From an uncultured bacterium (GTDB lineage: Bacteria; Oederibacteriota; PGYV01; CAWJRG01): 64,000 nucleotides of DNA. Below the pieces are notes generated by a model. It saw only the letters and a list, made by a program, of their open reading frames with translations. It was not told where the DNA came from and did no database searches. The DNA is taken from positions 512,001 through 576,000 of the forward strand of contig CAWJRG010000009.1 in NCBI GenBank assembly GCA_963845185.1. The letters run 5' to 3'. Positions 1 to 12,100 of this stretch are shown here, piece by piece. The position numbers and the translations under genes were made by a program. Numbering within the stretch: position 1 is the stretch's first letter; each line of letters starts with the position of its first letter.

Positions 1-1
1 T

Positions 2-1138
2 CCAATATTTCACCCTGAATTTGATGAAGTAAAGATACTAAGTTATTTTTATATTGCCTCTATCGCTGGCGCGAGAGTAATAAATTGCAGCTGGGTTAGC
101 TCAGGTAATATAGATCAAATATTATGGTTTCAATTTGATGAAACACCTTTTTGGCAATCTGCCATTAGTTTTGCCACGTCGCTTAAATGTGTAGTAGTAG
201 CTTCTGCCGGAAATGACGGAATCTCGCATCCTGACGATCCGTGGTATAGTGTAGGAAAAATTCCAGGATTTATTATTGCGGGAGCGACAGATAGATATGA
301 TCAAAGGGTAATTTGGAATTCACAGGAATCCAGTTGTTATGGTGCGGATGTGGTCGCGCCGGGAGAAACGAGTATTATTACTACCGCATTCAGAGGCAGG
401 GGCAATTATCCGGGCGACAGCAATTATACAAATAGTTTTGGGGGCACATCCGCGGCAGCGCCTTTTGTGTCAGGATTGGTTTTTCTTTTAGCCACGCAAA
501 ATCCAAACCTTTCTCCAGCCGATATTACAGGTATAATAGAGTCCTCCGCCGATGATATCGGGCCGCCTGGTTTTGACAGCACCTATGGCCACGGCAGGAT
601 AAATGTCTGCAATGCGCTCGCAGGATTGCCCGGCGTAAGAGTATCACACAGAAAAATGGTAATTACAAACGTTAATGCCACAAATAAAATACAAATCAGC
701 GATTTATCGGGTAATTTAAAATACAGTTATACGGCATCACAAAATGATATTGACCAGGGAATTTTTTTATGGAATGGACTGGATAATGGCAACAATATCT
801 GCGGCACAGGCAACTATTCTGTAACGGTAAACGGCGTACCGCAATTTGTAGGGGTGGACGGTTTTACGGAACCGCCATCATTATATACGGATTACAGTAA
901 ACCAGTAATTTCGAACATAAATGTCCAGCCCGGTAATATAACTTTTGAAATTGATGATGGCGCCGAATACGTAAATGATCCTACACTCGATGGAGGGGCG
1001 TATGTTGAAGCGATTTATTACAACAGCGCGGGCGCCAAATTAAAAATAAGCACGAGACAATTTTATCGAAATAGCGATATGAGCCCTGGCCCCTGTGGTA
1101 ATCCGATAAAAAATTATAAAGAAGATTGCCATTGTTAA
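2..1138 (+). CDS. Subtilisin-like S8 serine peptidase with C-terminal FlgD/Ig-like region; 5' end lies outside the window
   Basis: Frame 2 is open from base 2: ARVINCSW, VVVASAGND (oxyanion Asn), DVVAPG, FGGTSAAAPFVSG (catalytic Ser), YGHGRIN; later IQISDLSGNL...WNGLDNGNNICGTGNY. Confidence 0.9.
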   Translation, partial: PIFHPEFDEVKILSYFYIASIAGARVINCSWVSSGNIDQILWFQFDETPFWQSAISFATSLKCVVVASAGNDGISHPDDPWYSVGKIPGFIIAGATDRYDQRVIWNSQESSCYGADVVAPGETSIITTAFRGRGNYPGDSNYTNSFGGTSAAAPFVSGLVFLLATQNPNLSPADITGIIESSADDIGPPGFDSTYGHGRINVCNALAGLPGVRVSHRKMVITNVNATNKIQISDLSGNLKYSYTASQNDIDQGIFLWNGLDNGNNICGTGNYSVTVNGVPQFVGVDGFTEPPSLYTDYSKPVISNINVQPGNITFEIDDGAEYVNDPTLDGGAYVEAIYYNSAGAKLKISTRQFYRNSDMSPGPCGNPIKNYKEDCHC

Positions 1139-1217
1139 ATGATTGCAGCTGCAAGACAGACTCTCTTGTCGGCGGGGAGCGGTAACTATTGTTCAAATTA
1201 TGCGCTGATGGTAAACT

Positions 1218-1676
1218 GTGAAAATACTGGTTTACGGATACGGAAACCCAGGCCGGCAGGACGACGGCTTGGGTATTTTATTTTCAGAAGCTGTTGAAAA
1301 ATGGGCAACAAAAGCGGGAATAGCCGGGATTACCTGCGATTCAAATTACCAGTTAAACGCCGAAGACGCGCAGGCAATGTCTGAAAACGACATCGTGATT
1401 TTCGCTGACGCAACAAAAAATAAAATCAGGGATATAAAATTTAAACAAATAAAGCCGGGAAAAACAATCTCATTCTCTACACACTCAATGAGCCCTGAAT
1501 CAGTGCTCGCGCTGTGCAGCGAGCTTTATGGAAAAAAGCCAAAAACATATATTATGACCATGAAAGGATATAAATGGGCTGTAAATGGGGAAGTTACTAA
1601 AAAGGCCGGCAAAAACCTGGATAAAGCTCTTAAATATACAAAAAATTTTATATTAAAAAAATATTATGCAGATTAG
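1218..1676 (+). CDS. [NiFe]-hydrogenase maturation protease (HoxW-like)
   Basis: GYGNPGRQDDGLG, YQL, IFADA, STHSMSP motifs; 152 aa. Confidence 0.85.
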   Translation: MKILVYGYGNPGRQDDGLGILFSEAVEKWATKAGIAGITCDSNYQLNAEDAQAMSENDIVIFADATKNKIRDIKFKQIKPGKTISFSTHSMSPESVLALCSELYGKKPKTYIMTMKGYKWAVNGEVTKKAGKNLDKALKYTKNFILKKYYAD

Positions 1677-1852
1677 AGCCTTTATGCACATATACCAACC
1701 TTGTTTATATATTTTGCCTGCAATTATGTCAGGTAAATTGTAGATTTCGACATTTAGTTGACTTTATTAAATATATATGGTATTTATTATACATATAATG
1801 ATTTAATGAGAATCAAATATAAAGAGGGAGCAGATAAAATAAGGAGAAGAAC

Positions 1853-4800
1853 ATGAAAAAAATTTCAAGAGGGGTTTTTGTTTCATTATTTTTCAAAACT
1901 GCAATATATTCTATAATATCAATATTTTTTCTTTCCCTAAGCAGCTCGATATACGCAAATTATTCCTCAATCACCGGAGTTACTATCAACCCGCCGAACC
2001 CAGCGCTGGGGCAGCCGTTTAATCTCAGTATTCAGATGTGCCTTGACGAATATAACACTCCGAATGAACTTGTTGTGGCCGCAAGCACAAGCAGTGCTTT
2101 CCAGAATCCCGGCATAAACGGGCAGGTATTTTTATTGAGCAGTTTGGGTGTTGACGTCCACAGTTCAAACCCGAACAACGCAAGCAATGGATATGTTGAT
2201 TTCGGCTGCCATCTCACCCAGCCGACGCCGTTTGTCACGAACTGCACGGATTGCGCTGGATCATACGCCATGTCTGTCACCGAATCATATAACCTTACCA
2301 TGCCCAGTGCTGCTGAGCTCGGAAGCCAGTGCGGCGGCGCATCGACCATATATCTGCAGATCGGATCATATAGTTTTTATTTTTACAACACCACCTGGAC
2401 GTCACTTTACAACGGTGCCTGCGGCGCGTATGAAACAAGCTGGGCGTTGCCTGCGCCGCCTGCAAATTCAATAACATTAAGCCAGAGGGCGGAAGGCGAA
2501 CTGCAGTCTGTCGGAGACCTGGTCTTATATTCCATCGATTATTCTTACGGCAACGGGCCGTTGACGATCACGGACAGCCTGCCGGGAAGCGGCAACCTGT
2601 CGCTTGCGACCTACGGGCCTTTGTCTATTACAGGCGGCACGATCACGGCACCGGCCTTAGGCTCGACATCCGGCACGATCACATGGAATTTCCCGAATTC
2701 GACAACCACGAAGCAGGGAACAGTCTGGCTGCTGATGAAAATGACCACTGCAATATCCGCAGGCACCCAGGTGCAGAATACCGCAAGCGCGGCAAGCGGC
2801 TCAAACAATATGAATTCATCGGCAATTGTCACTGCCGGACAGCCTGCCGTATCGGTGCAGAAATTTGAAAGCGCAAGCGCCTTGACGGCCATGGCCGGGA
2901 ACTCAGCGACGATAACATATTACCTTAATTACGAGGTAAACGGCGACCAGATGAAAGCTTTCAGGGCTTTTGACGATACTGCACTCGGCGCGTACACTTC
3001 ATTGCCGCCTTCGGGCTGGAAATTCATCCCGTCAGGCGCTGATAACGGTACGTGGACAATATCCGATTTCTGCGGTACAGGGGACAGGGTGCTTTGGGGC
3101 GCAGCGCAGACAAATTCTTACCCGGCCCTTTTGCTTGACGACCCGGCGCCTTCAAACGTACAGATATGCACAGGATTAGTTGAGGCCGATGTCCTTATTA
3201 ACCCGGGCTCAGACCCCGGGGCGGACGGGCTTGTGATATTGAGGAGCAACGGTTTGACAGGCAATTTAAATTATTCTTATTCATTGCTTTTATCACTGGA
3301 TACGGCGCCTGCAAACGGATATATATCGATACAAAAATGCTCGGCAGGGACATGCTCGTGGTACGCACCTGAGACTACATTTCCCATCACGGGGAATACC
3401 TGGTACAGGACAAAGACAAATATGACTGTAAGCGGGAATGATTATGTATTCCAGTATAAAATATGGCAGGTTGGCCAGCCTGAACCGTCCGGATACCTTG
3501 GAATATGGACAGACTCGGGCGCAGCGGCTAACGCGAGCTTTAATTGCTCGGGAACAGGGACATACCTGGACTGGAGGCCCGGGGTGGGCGAGCAGTCCGG
3601 TGTTTACGGGAACGAAAATGACGAATATAATAACTTTATTGCTTACGCTCCCAGGACGGCTGCAAACGCGGCATTATTCGACACGGTACCTGCAGGATTA
3701 ACGTATATTTCATCAAGCCCAATCGGCACAAATTCAGCCGGCTTTTTAACATGGAACCTCGGCAATATAAGCTACCAGAGCGGAACATACACCTGGTGGG
3801 CGTCCACGAACGCCTGCGGCCAGAGCTTTACAAACGTTGCAGGTATAGGCGGCACGGGCATGGCGCCGCAATTTTCAAACCCTGTTGTGTCCGGCCTGAA
3901 CTGCATATCGCCCACAATCACATTAACTACGCCGCCATCCAGCACGCCTTCAGTTACATATACGATTTCGCCAACAACCACAAACATACTGACAAAGACA
4001 GCAACAATGACATATACACCGGTTAATACAGCTGTGAATACAGCTACAATTACAGTAACATTTACAACAACACCAACGGCAGCTTCGCCAACATTCACAA
4101 ATATACCGACAAAAACAGTAACAATGACCGCGATTAATACGGCAGTTGTTACTGCGACAGTGACATCAACGCAGATACCGCCCGGCTCGACGATGACAAG
4201 CACGCCGACAGTATCGCCGACAATAGCTATAAACCTGTCTGCAAGTTTAACGGTATCACCGGCAAGCGCGGCAGCAGGACAGGGCATAACAGTGATAATG
4301 CAGGTAGTCAATACAGGGACTAACACCGCAAACAATGTGCAACCGTCTTCTTTAATACAGACAGGAGGAGGGGTTGCTGCTTTTTTAAGCGGGCCAAGCC
4401 CTGCAAGCGCAACAATAGCCGGAGGATTTTCGGCATCATTCACATGGGTATATAACGTAACCATTTGCGGCAATATTACATTCAGCTGCACGGCAAGCGG
4501 TACCGATGCCGTAGACGGGGTAAGCACGACAAGCATGTCGGCGTCGAGCAATACATTCACGTGCGCGACAGCGACAGCGACATATACACAGGTACCGCCG
4601 GGCTCGACACTGACAGCAACAAGAACTGTGACACCGATAGACTCGCTGACATCAATTGTAACCGCATCATTCACGCCTACAATACCGCTATGCCTGGTTG
4701 ATACACTTTCAAATTGCAACAGCACCAATGTGTGGGGCGGTCAGTGGTATACATATAACGACAGCAGCTACGGCGGGACATCGGTTGTGTGGCCGGGAGC

Positions 4801-7800
4801 AGGAAGTACATTTATAATGAGTTCGCCCGGTTTTGACGGCGGGTCGGACTGCGCGGCGCAGATGACAGGTGTTGTAACGACAGCCTACCCCGGCGGGTTT
4901 ATTGGCATGGATTCCCAGTTAAACGCAAACGCGGGATCTCCTACATACCAGGAGACGAATATCAGCGGTGCTACAGGAGTAATGTTCTGGTGCAAAGGGG
5001 ACGGGAAAAACTATACCATAAAGATACCTTATACAAGCAATACCGGAAGCTCATTGACCGGTAATGATGATTATTCATATAGTTTTTATGTATTCGCGTC
5101 TTCCTGGACGCAGATAGGCATACCTTTCTCGGGAGGGTACTTCAAACAGGCGGGAACGGGCACAGCAGTGCCGTTTGCGACGGTATTACAGCATGCGAAA
5201 GACATACAATTCCAGACCAGCGGCCAGCCGCAATCCAGCGTGGACCTGTGGATAGACGACCTGCAGCTGTACGGCGGGTGCTCGATGCCCACATCGACAA
5301 GCACGCCGACGCCGACACGAACCACGATATTGACCAGGACCGTATCGCCTACGCCCACAGTAACATATACGTATATTCCAATATTTTCACCGACGCCGAC
5401 AATTACGCCAACATTTACATGCACCGCTACACCGGCAAGCCTGTGCTCGGTGGACACTATGGCAAGCTGCAGTAACGTCAATGTTTGGGGTGGGGCATGG
5501 TTCACCTATAACGATGCAAACGACGGAGGCACTTCGGTTGTATGGCCGGCTCAGGGACAGACTTTTATAATGAGCTCTCCGGGGTACAGCGGCGGAGCTG
5601 ACTGCGCCGCGCAGATGACGGGCGTGGTTACCATAGCTTACCAGTATGGTTTTATAGGCATGGGCACCTTATTAAATCCGAATGCAGGCGCGCCGAATTA
5701 CCAGTCCACTGACTTAAGCGGAGCATTGGGAGTCAGTTTTTATACCAGAGGCGATGGGAACGTCTATACGATAATAATTACGTACCTTAACAGCAGCGGC
5801 AACACAATGACCAACTGGGACGATTATGCATACACTTTTGTCGCGTTCTCAGGATGGTCGCAGTACACTATACCTTTCACCGCGTTTACGCAACCGTATT
5901 ACACTCCATCACAATACCAGGTACCGCTGGTTACAGTATTGCAAAACGCCAAACAATTCCAGTTCGCGACAACAACCCAGCCTCTTGCCGGCGTCGACCT
6001 TTGGATAGACAACCTTTCGGTATACGGGTGCATAATACCTGCGTTTACTCCTACGATAACAACAACATTAACTTCAGTCCCGTCGGGTTCAACCATGACA
6101 AATACGCCGACTATTACTTTGACTTCGACGATTACACCGACTTACACTATGACCCCAACTGTCAACCCGAATACAGTATGCTATAGCCTGCAGTGGGGCA
6201 CCCCGGGGACAGGCATCGGCCAGTTTGATTACCCTTACGGTGTAGCTGTGGACGCGAGCGGTTATGTATATGTCGCCGACCTCTACAATAACAGGGTGGA
6301 AAAATTCACACCTGCAGGCGCCTATGTCACCCAATGGGGAAGCAGCGGCAGCGGAAACGGGCAGTTCTCATACCCTGTGTCCATAGCAATTGACGCCGGC
6401 GGTTATGTTTATGTGACCGACTGGAACAACAGCAGGGTGGAAAAATTCACGTCAACAGGGACGTATGTAACCCAATGGGGGAGTTACGGCACAGGGGCAG
6501 GGCAGTTTGAATACCCATACGGTATTGCCGTGGACAGCAGCGGTTACTTATATGTTACTGATGCGGAAAACAGCAGGGTGGAAAAATTTACATCAACAGG
6601 AGCATATGTGACACAATGGGGAACTAATGGGTCCGGCAACAGCCAGTTTAATTATCCGGCGGGAATAGCCGTTGACAGCAGCGGCTATGTTTATGTGGCG
6701 GATTCTTATAATTACAGGATACAAAAATTCACTTCAACAGGGACTTATGTCACCCAGTGGGGAAGCAACGGCAGCGGCAACAGCCAGTTTGATTATCCTT
6801 TCGGTATTACAATAGGCGGGAACGGTTTTGTATATGTGGCCGATACCTATAACAACAGGGTGCAGGCATTCACGTCAACAGGCACATACATAACGCAGTG
6901 GGGCAGCTATGGCACGGGAAACGGGCAGTTTAACGGGCCTGTGGGTATTGTGACAGACAGCACAGGAGCAATATACGTATCGGATTATAACAATAACAGG
7001 GTACAAAAATTTATTGCCTGCGTGCAACTGACAGCAACGCCGACCAATACGGGCCTGATAGCCTCGGCTACGTATACGCCTACGTACACGGTTACGGCCA
7101 CGTCAACCAGGACAAGCACCCAGGTCCCTTCAGGCTCGACCATGACAAGCACTCCGACAATGACCCCGACAATAGGCATAAATCTGGTAGCGGGCCTTAT
7201 TGTATCGCCAAACGTTGTGGCAATAGGCCAGGATGTCACGGTATTAATGGAAGTAGTTAATGTTGGCACTGATACCGCAAACAGCGTAAAAGCGTCACCG
7301 CTTTTCCAGACAGGAGGAGGAGCTGCGGTGCTTGTAAGCTCCCCGAATCCGTCCAGCACGAATATAGGGCCGGGTTCCTATACAATATTCACGTGGGTTT
7401 ACAGCATGGCAATATGCGGAGATATAGTATTCAACGGGACAGCGAGCGGGACCGACGCTGCAGACGGCGTGAGCATGACAAGCCCACAATGTTCGAGCAA
7501 TACTCTTTCATGTTCTTCCGGAGCCCCGACTGCCACAAGTACAATGTATGTAGCGCCGGGTTCGACATATACAATTACGCCTACGCTCACGCCGACATTC
7601 ACGATGATACCGTCAGGCTCCACTTTAACAGTTACACCGGTGGTGACACCCACAATAGGCATTAACCTTGTTGCAGGACTGACTGTTTCGCCTGCCAGCG
7701 CGGGGGTGGACCAGGATATTACAGTAATAATGCAGGTGGTGAATATAGGGACAAACACCGCGGATAATGTCGTGCCGTCATCGCTTATGCAGGCTGGAGG

Positions 7801-8882
7801 CGGGGCAGCTGTACCGGTGAATCCTGTAAGCCCGTCGAGCGCATCGATAGGCTCATATGCACAGGCGTCATTTACATGGGTATATAAGGTTGTAATATGC
7901 AACAACCTTACATTCAGCGGAACGGTAAGCGGCACGGACGCCGTTGACAGTGTCAGCATGACGAGCTCGCAGTGCGAAAGCAATATGATGACGTGCGCCA
8001 CGGCAACGCCTACAACATCAAATACTATGACGGCGACGCCTACAATAACATTGACAAATACACCGACGATCACGCCTACAATAGCGATAAACCTCATTGC
8101 AAGCATGTCTTTGTCTCCGTCAAGCGCGGCTGGCGGGCAGCAGATTACCGTAGTGATGCAGGTGGCAAATACCGGCATGAACACTGCAAATAACGTCCTG
8201 CCCGTCGGTCCTGTCACAGTCTGGAGGCGGCGCGGCCCTGCTGAGCGGGAATGCGCCTTCGGCAATAAACATAGCAGGCAATACATTGGCATCGTTTACA
8301 TGGGTATATAATGTGGCGATTTGCGGAAACATAACATTCAGCGGAACAGTAAGCGGCGCAGACGCCGTGGATGGTGTCAGCATGACGAGCAGCCAGGTTA
8401 GCACAAACTTGTTCACGTGCGCAACAGTAACAATGACCGTAACACCTACATGGACATTGACTGCCACTCCGACATTGACCGCGACACAGACGGTTTTTCT
8501 GAGCACAACAAGCACCCAGACAATGACAACGACCTGCACTCCTACGCCTTTGCCTGGAAAGCTGGCAATAGGCCCGGTGAAACCATACCCGAACCCGTAT
8601 AACCCGGGGACAGGGCTGCCTTTGAAGATAGCTGTCAATGTAACCACAGGAGATATAGATAATATGACGCTGAAAATATATACCGCGTCATACAGGCTGG
8701 TAAAGGAGCAGGTTTTCCGGGGCGCGGATATACAGGAAGTATCGGACGGGCTTGTTGTCCTGCAGTATGACAGCACAAACCTGGCCGTGTTAAGTTCAGG
8801 GACATATTATTACATTGTGATGGCTGAAAAAGGCGGAACAAAAGTAAAGTCCAAGTCAGACGCAATTATCATATTGAAATAG
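1853..8882 (+). pseudogene. Giant secreted multidomain protein (~2342 aa if repaired): signal peptide, Cys-rich N domain, 2 DUF11-like domains (one with an inserted lectin-like domain), 2 CBM11/CIA30-like domains, 6 NHL repeats, 4 Ig-like modules, Thr linkers, YPNP tail; frameshift at ~8201 (real or sequencing error)
   Basis: ORFs 1853..8311 and 8286..8882 join if one C of CCC at 8201-8203 is removed, restoring VLPSVLSQSGGGAA, which matches the three earlier module copies; AAGGAG upstream of the ATG. Confidence 0.85.
6181..7020 (+). repeat. Six tandem 47-aa NHL repeats (6-bladed beta-propeller)
   Basis: QWGxxGxGxxQFxxP...G.VYV.D..N.RV.KF repeated six times at 141-bp period. Confidence 0.9.
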
Positions 8883-8898
8883 TATTTTAAGAAACCTC

Positions 8899-8933
8899 AA
8901 AAGGAGCGGGCAGGGATACCGCTCCTTTTTTTT
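8899..8933 (+). terminator. Rho-independent terminator
   Basis: AAAAGGAGCGG-9 nt loop-CCGCTCCTTTT followed by further T residues, just after the stop at 8882. Confidence 0.85.
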
Positions 8934-8959
8934 GTACAGGGATGCGCAAACTAATCAAT

Positions 8960-8988
8960 TTGATTTTTGTTAATAAATCGTATATAAT
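8960..8988 (+). promoter_or_regulatory. Sigma70-type promoter for the GH9/GH18 pair
   Basis: TTGATT-17-TATAAT. Confidence 0.6.
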
Positions 8989-9016
8989 TATATAACAAGG
9001 GTAAAGGAGATGTACT

Positions 9017-9100
9017 TTGAAGGTAAATTTGCGCAGGCCAATATCTATAATAACAAACAAAATAATTCTTATTTGTTTTTATAATGGTGTTATTTTATGA
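9017..9100 (+). other. Possible 27-aa upstream ORF whose stop overlaps the GH9 start (ATGA)
   Basis: AAGGAG at 9004-9009, TTG at 9017, MKVNLRRPISIITNKIILICFYNGVIL*, TGA at 9098-9100. Confidence 0.35.
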
Positions 9101-12100
9101 AAAAAAGACTGGTTGTTTTTGTTATGCTTATCCTGATTGCCGGGTTTTTCTCCGGGCTTTTACCGGCGGCTTCCATACTGGGAAACATTAAATTAGACCA
9201 TTTTGGATACCGCACAACTGACCAAAAGATAGCATATTTTACAGCCAATCCAGGCAGCAGCGTAGGGGTTTATAATGCCAGCACAAATGCACTTGTTTAT
9301 ACATCTACAAACATAACATCCAAAGGAACAGACACAAGCTCGCCATTGATATCAGGCGATACGCTGTGGTGGGTGGATTTTTCCGGATTTACAACTCCCG
9401 GCACATATTATCTTCTTTCCACAACCCTTAACGAGCAATCCTATAATTTCCAGATTTCAGACTGCATTTATCAGACGCCAATGGCAGCTACTTTAAAGGC
9501 GCTTTATTACCAGAGGTGCGGTACGCCGAAGCCTGCGCAGTACGCGGGTACGAACTGGGCTGACACTACGGCTTGCCACACAGGAGACGCCACCTGTGCG
9601 CCTGCGGCAGGATGCACTTTCCCGAATAACTACGGCACGCTGAATTTAAGCGGCGGCTGGCATGACGCGGGCGATTATAACAAGTACATTGGCACTGATA
9701 CATGCGCAAACTGGGGCGGGGACGGCGGCTCAGCGCTTCACTTTCTTTTGACCGCTTATGAATTGAATCCCAGCCTTTTTCCGGACAATATGTCGAATAT
9801 TCCGGAGTCGGGCAACGGCATTTCAGATTTACTTGACGAATGCAAGTGGGAGCTGGACTGGTATTTGAAGATGCAGATGACCGACAAGCATGTCCTGTCA
9901 GTGGTTCATCAGACGGTATATACCACAGGTTCGCCACCCAGCACAGACACGACAGTGCGGTATTATTATCCGCCAAACCCGACGGGATCAGGCGAAGCCG
10001 AATTCGTGGCAATTCTCTCGAATGCGGCAAGGGTAATGAGCACAGTACCTGCGCTTGCCAGCTACGCTGCGACGCTGAGGACAGCGGCAGAAGCTACATG
10101 GAACGCATATTCGGCAGCCTGGACAGCCAGTGACCAGAAATTCTGGGCAGCAGCAGAGATATTCCGCATGGAGGAGGCCCTTGGTGGGTCATCTACCATA
10201 ATATCAGCGGCGCAGAACATAGTTGATAATTACCAGGCGTGGAACGGTTTGTGGCTCAACGAGGACCAGGAACAGCGGGATTGGGGGATGCTTGCTTATA
10301 TGCAGTCAACCGGCGCAACGGCAAGCGTGGTATCCTACATGCAGGCTGACTGGAGCAACCTGGTAGGCGACGTATTCAATTCAAATGACCTTTATAATTC
10401 AGGCATGCACGAGTATGACTATTACTGGGGTTCAAACGAAGTAAAGATGGATTACGGAATGATTTTAGTGATGGGGGCAAAGCTCGGCCTGACAGGCACT
10501 TATACCGCGGCGCAGTGCTTGCAGCATGCCGAGGATTACATTCACTACATGAATGGCTCAAACCCGATGAACATGGTTTACATGACAAATGCTGCCGCAC
10601 TTGGCGCATCGCACGGAGTATGGCGGGTATACCATTCGTGGTTCGGCAATTACGGAGTTACTTTTTCATTTAATAATTTTATAGGCAAGCCCGCTTCGGT
10701 GACCGATCCTTTATATCCTTATTATTCCGGCACGGATAATTACGGCATCAGTGACAGCGGTACCTCAACATTCGGGCCGCCGCCGGGCATCGTGCCTGAC
10801 GGGCCTACATCCCAGTACTACACCAACAACGGCAAGGCCATACCGCCGCTTTTGACGGGCGGGGCAAGGCCGCCTGATGAAAAAGATTACAGGGACTGGG
10901 ATTATTCGGACCCAAACGGCAACGCCACGATGCCGTGGATAGTGAATGAAACAGGGATTTATTATATTACATCTTACACAATATTGTCTTCTATGTTTGC
11001 TTCTGCCTGCAGCGTTGGGACTGCGACTCCCACATATACCTATACTTCGACAATGACAGGTACACCGACAATGAGCGCGACTACTACTGCAACAAAGACA
11101 CCTACGCCTTCATTTACCAGGACAATCACGCCTACATATACGATTACAATGTCATTTACATGCGTTTGTTTAACAGCTACTTTTACGCCGACATATACAA
11201 TAACAAAAACAGACACACCTACAAACACGCAGACTATAACACCAACATCAACGCCGACTTATACCTATACAAATACCAATACGCCGACATACACGCGGAC
11301 AGATACATATACATACACATTTACGGATACGGTTACAGTGACTGAGACTTATACAAATACAATAACTCCGACATGTACAATAACAATAACATTTACGGTT
11401 GTGATATTTACCGCAACATTCACGCCTACATATACCGCAACCAGGACAAACACTCCAACATATACGATAACATTGACAGACACGCAGACAGCGACACCGA
11501 CATATACAGACACGATGTCGCCTACGCCCACATACACGCGGACAGCGACATATACATACACAGATACAATGACAGATACTTTGACATCAACGCCGACGCG
11601 CACAAACACTTTATCGCCGACATACACGTACACAGTGACATATACATATACAAGCACAGCTACATCAACGCTTACGGCGACAAGGACAAACACAGAGACA
11701 AATACGCCAACAGGAACGCAGACGCAGACTGTGACATCAACGCCGACGTACACAAACACATTATCACCGACATACACGTACACGGTGACATATACATCAA
11801 CCCTTACTGCGACAAGAACAAATACATCGACATATACGGTTACTCTGACATTGACGAACACGCCGCAAAACACGGCAACTTTAACGACGACAGGGACAAA
11901 TACGCCACAAAATACAATAACTTTAACAGCTACAGCTACAAATAGCTGTGCCTGCACAGGGACGCCCACTTATACGGCGACAATTTTTACAGCTACAATT
12001 ACACCGACATATACAGTGTCACCGACTATTACTTTGACAGACACAACATCGCCTACAACAACGGATACACCAACAGAAACTGTAACATTGACAGATACAC

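Noticed and set aside
6181..7020. Regular 141-bp DNA periodicity as a CRISPR array
   Set aside because: These are degenerate in-frame NHL protein repeats with no repeat-spacer structure and no cas genes
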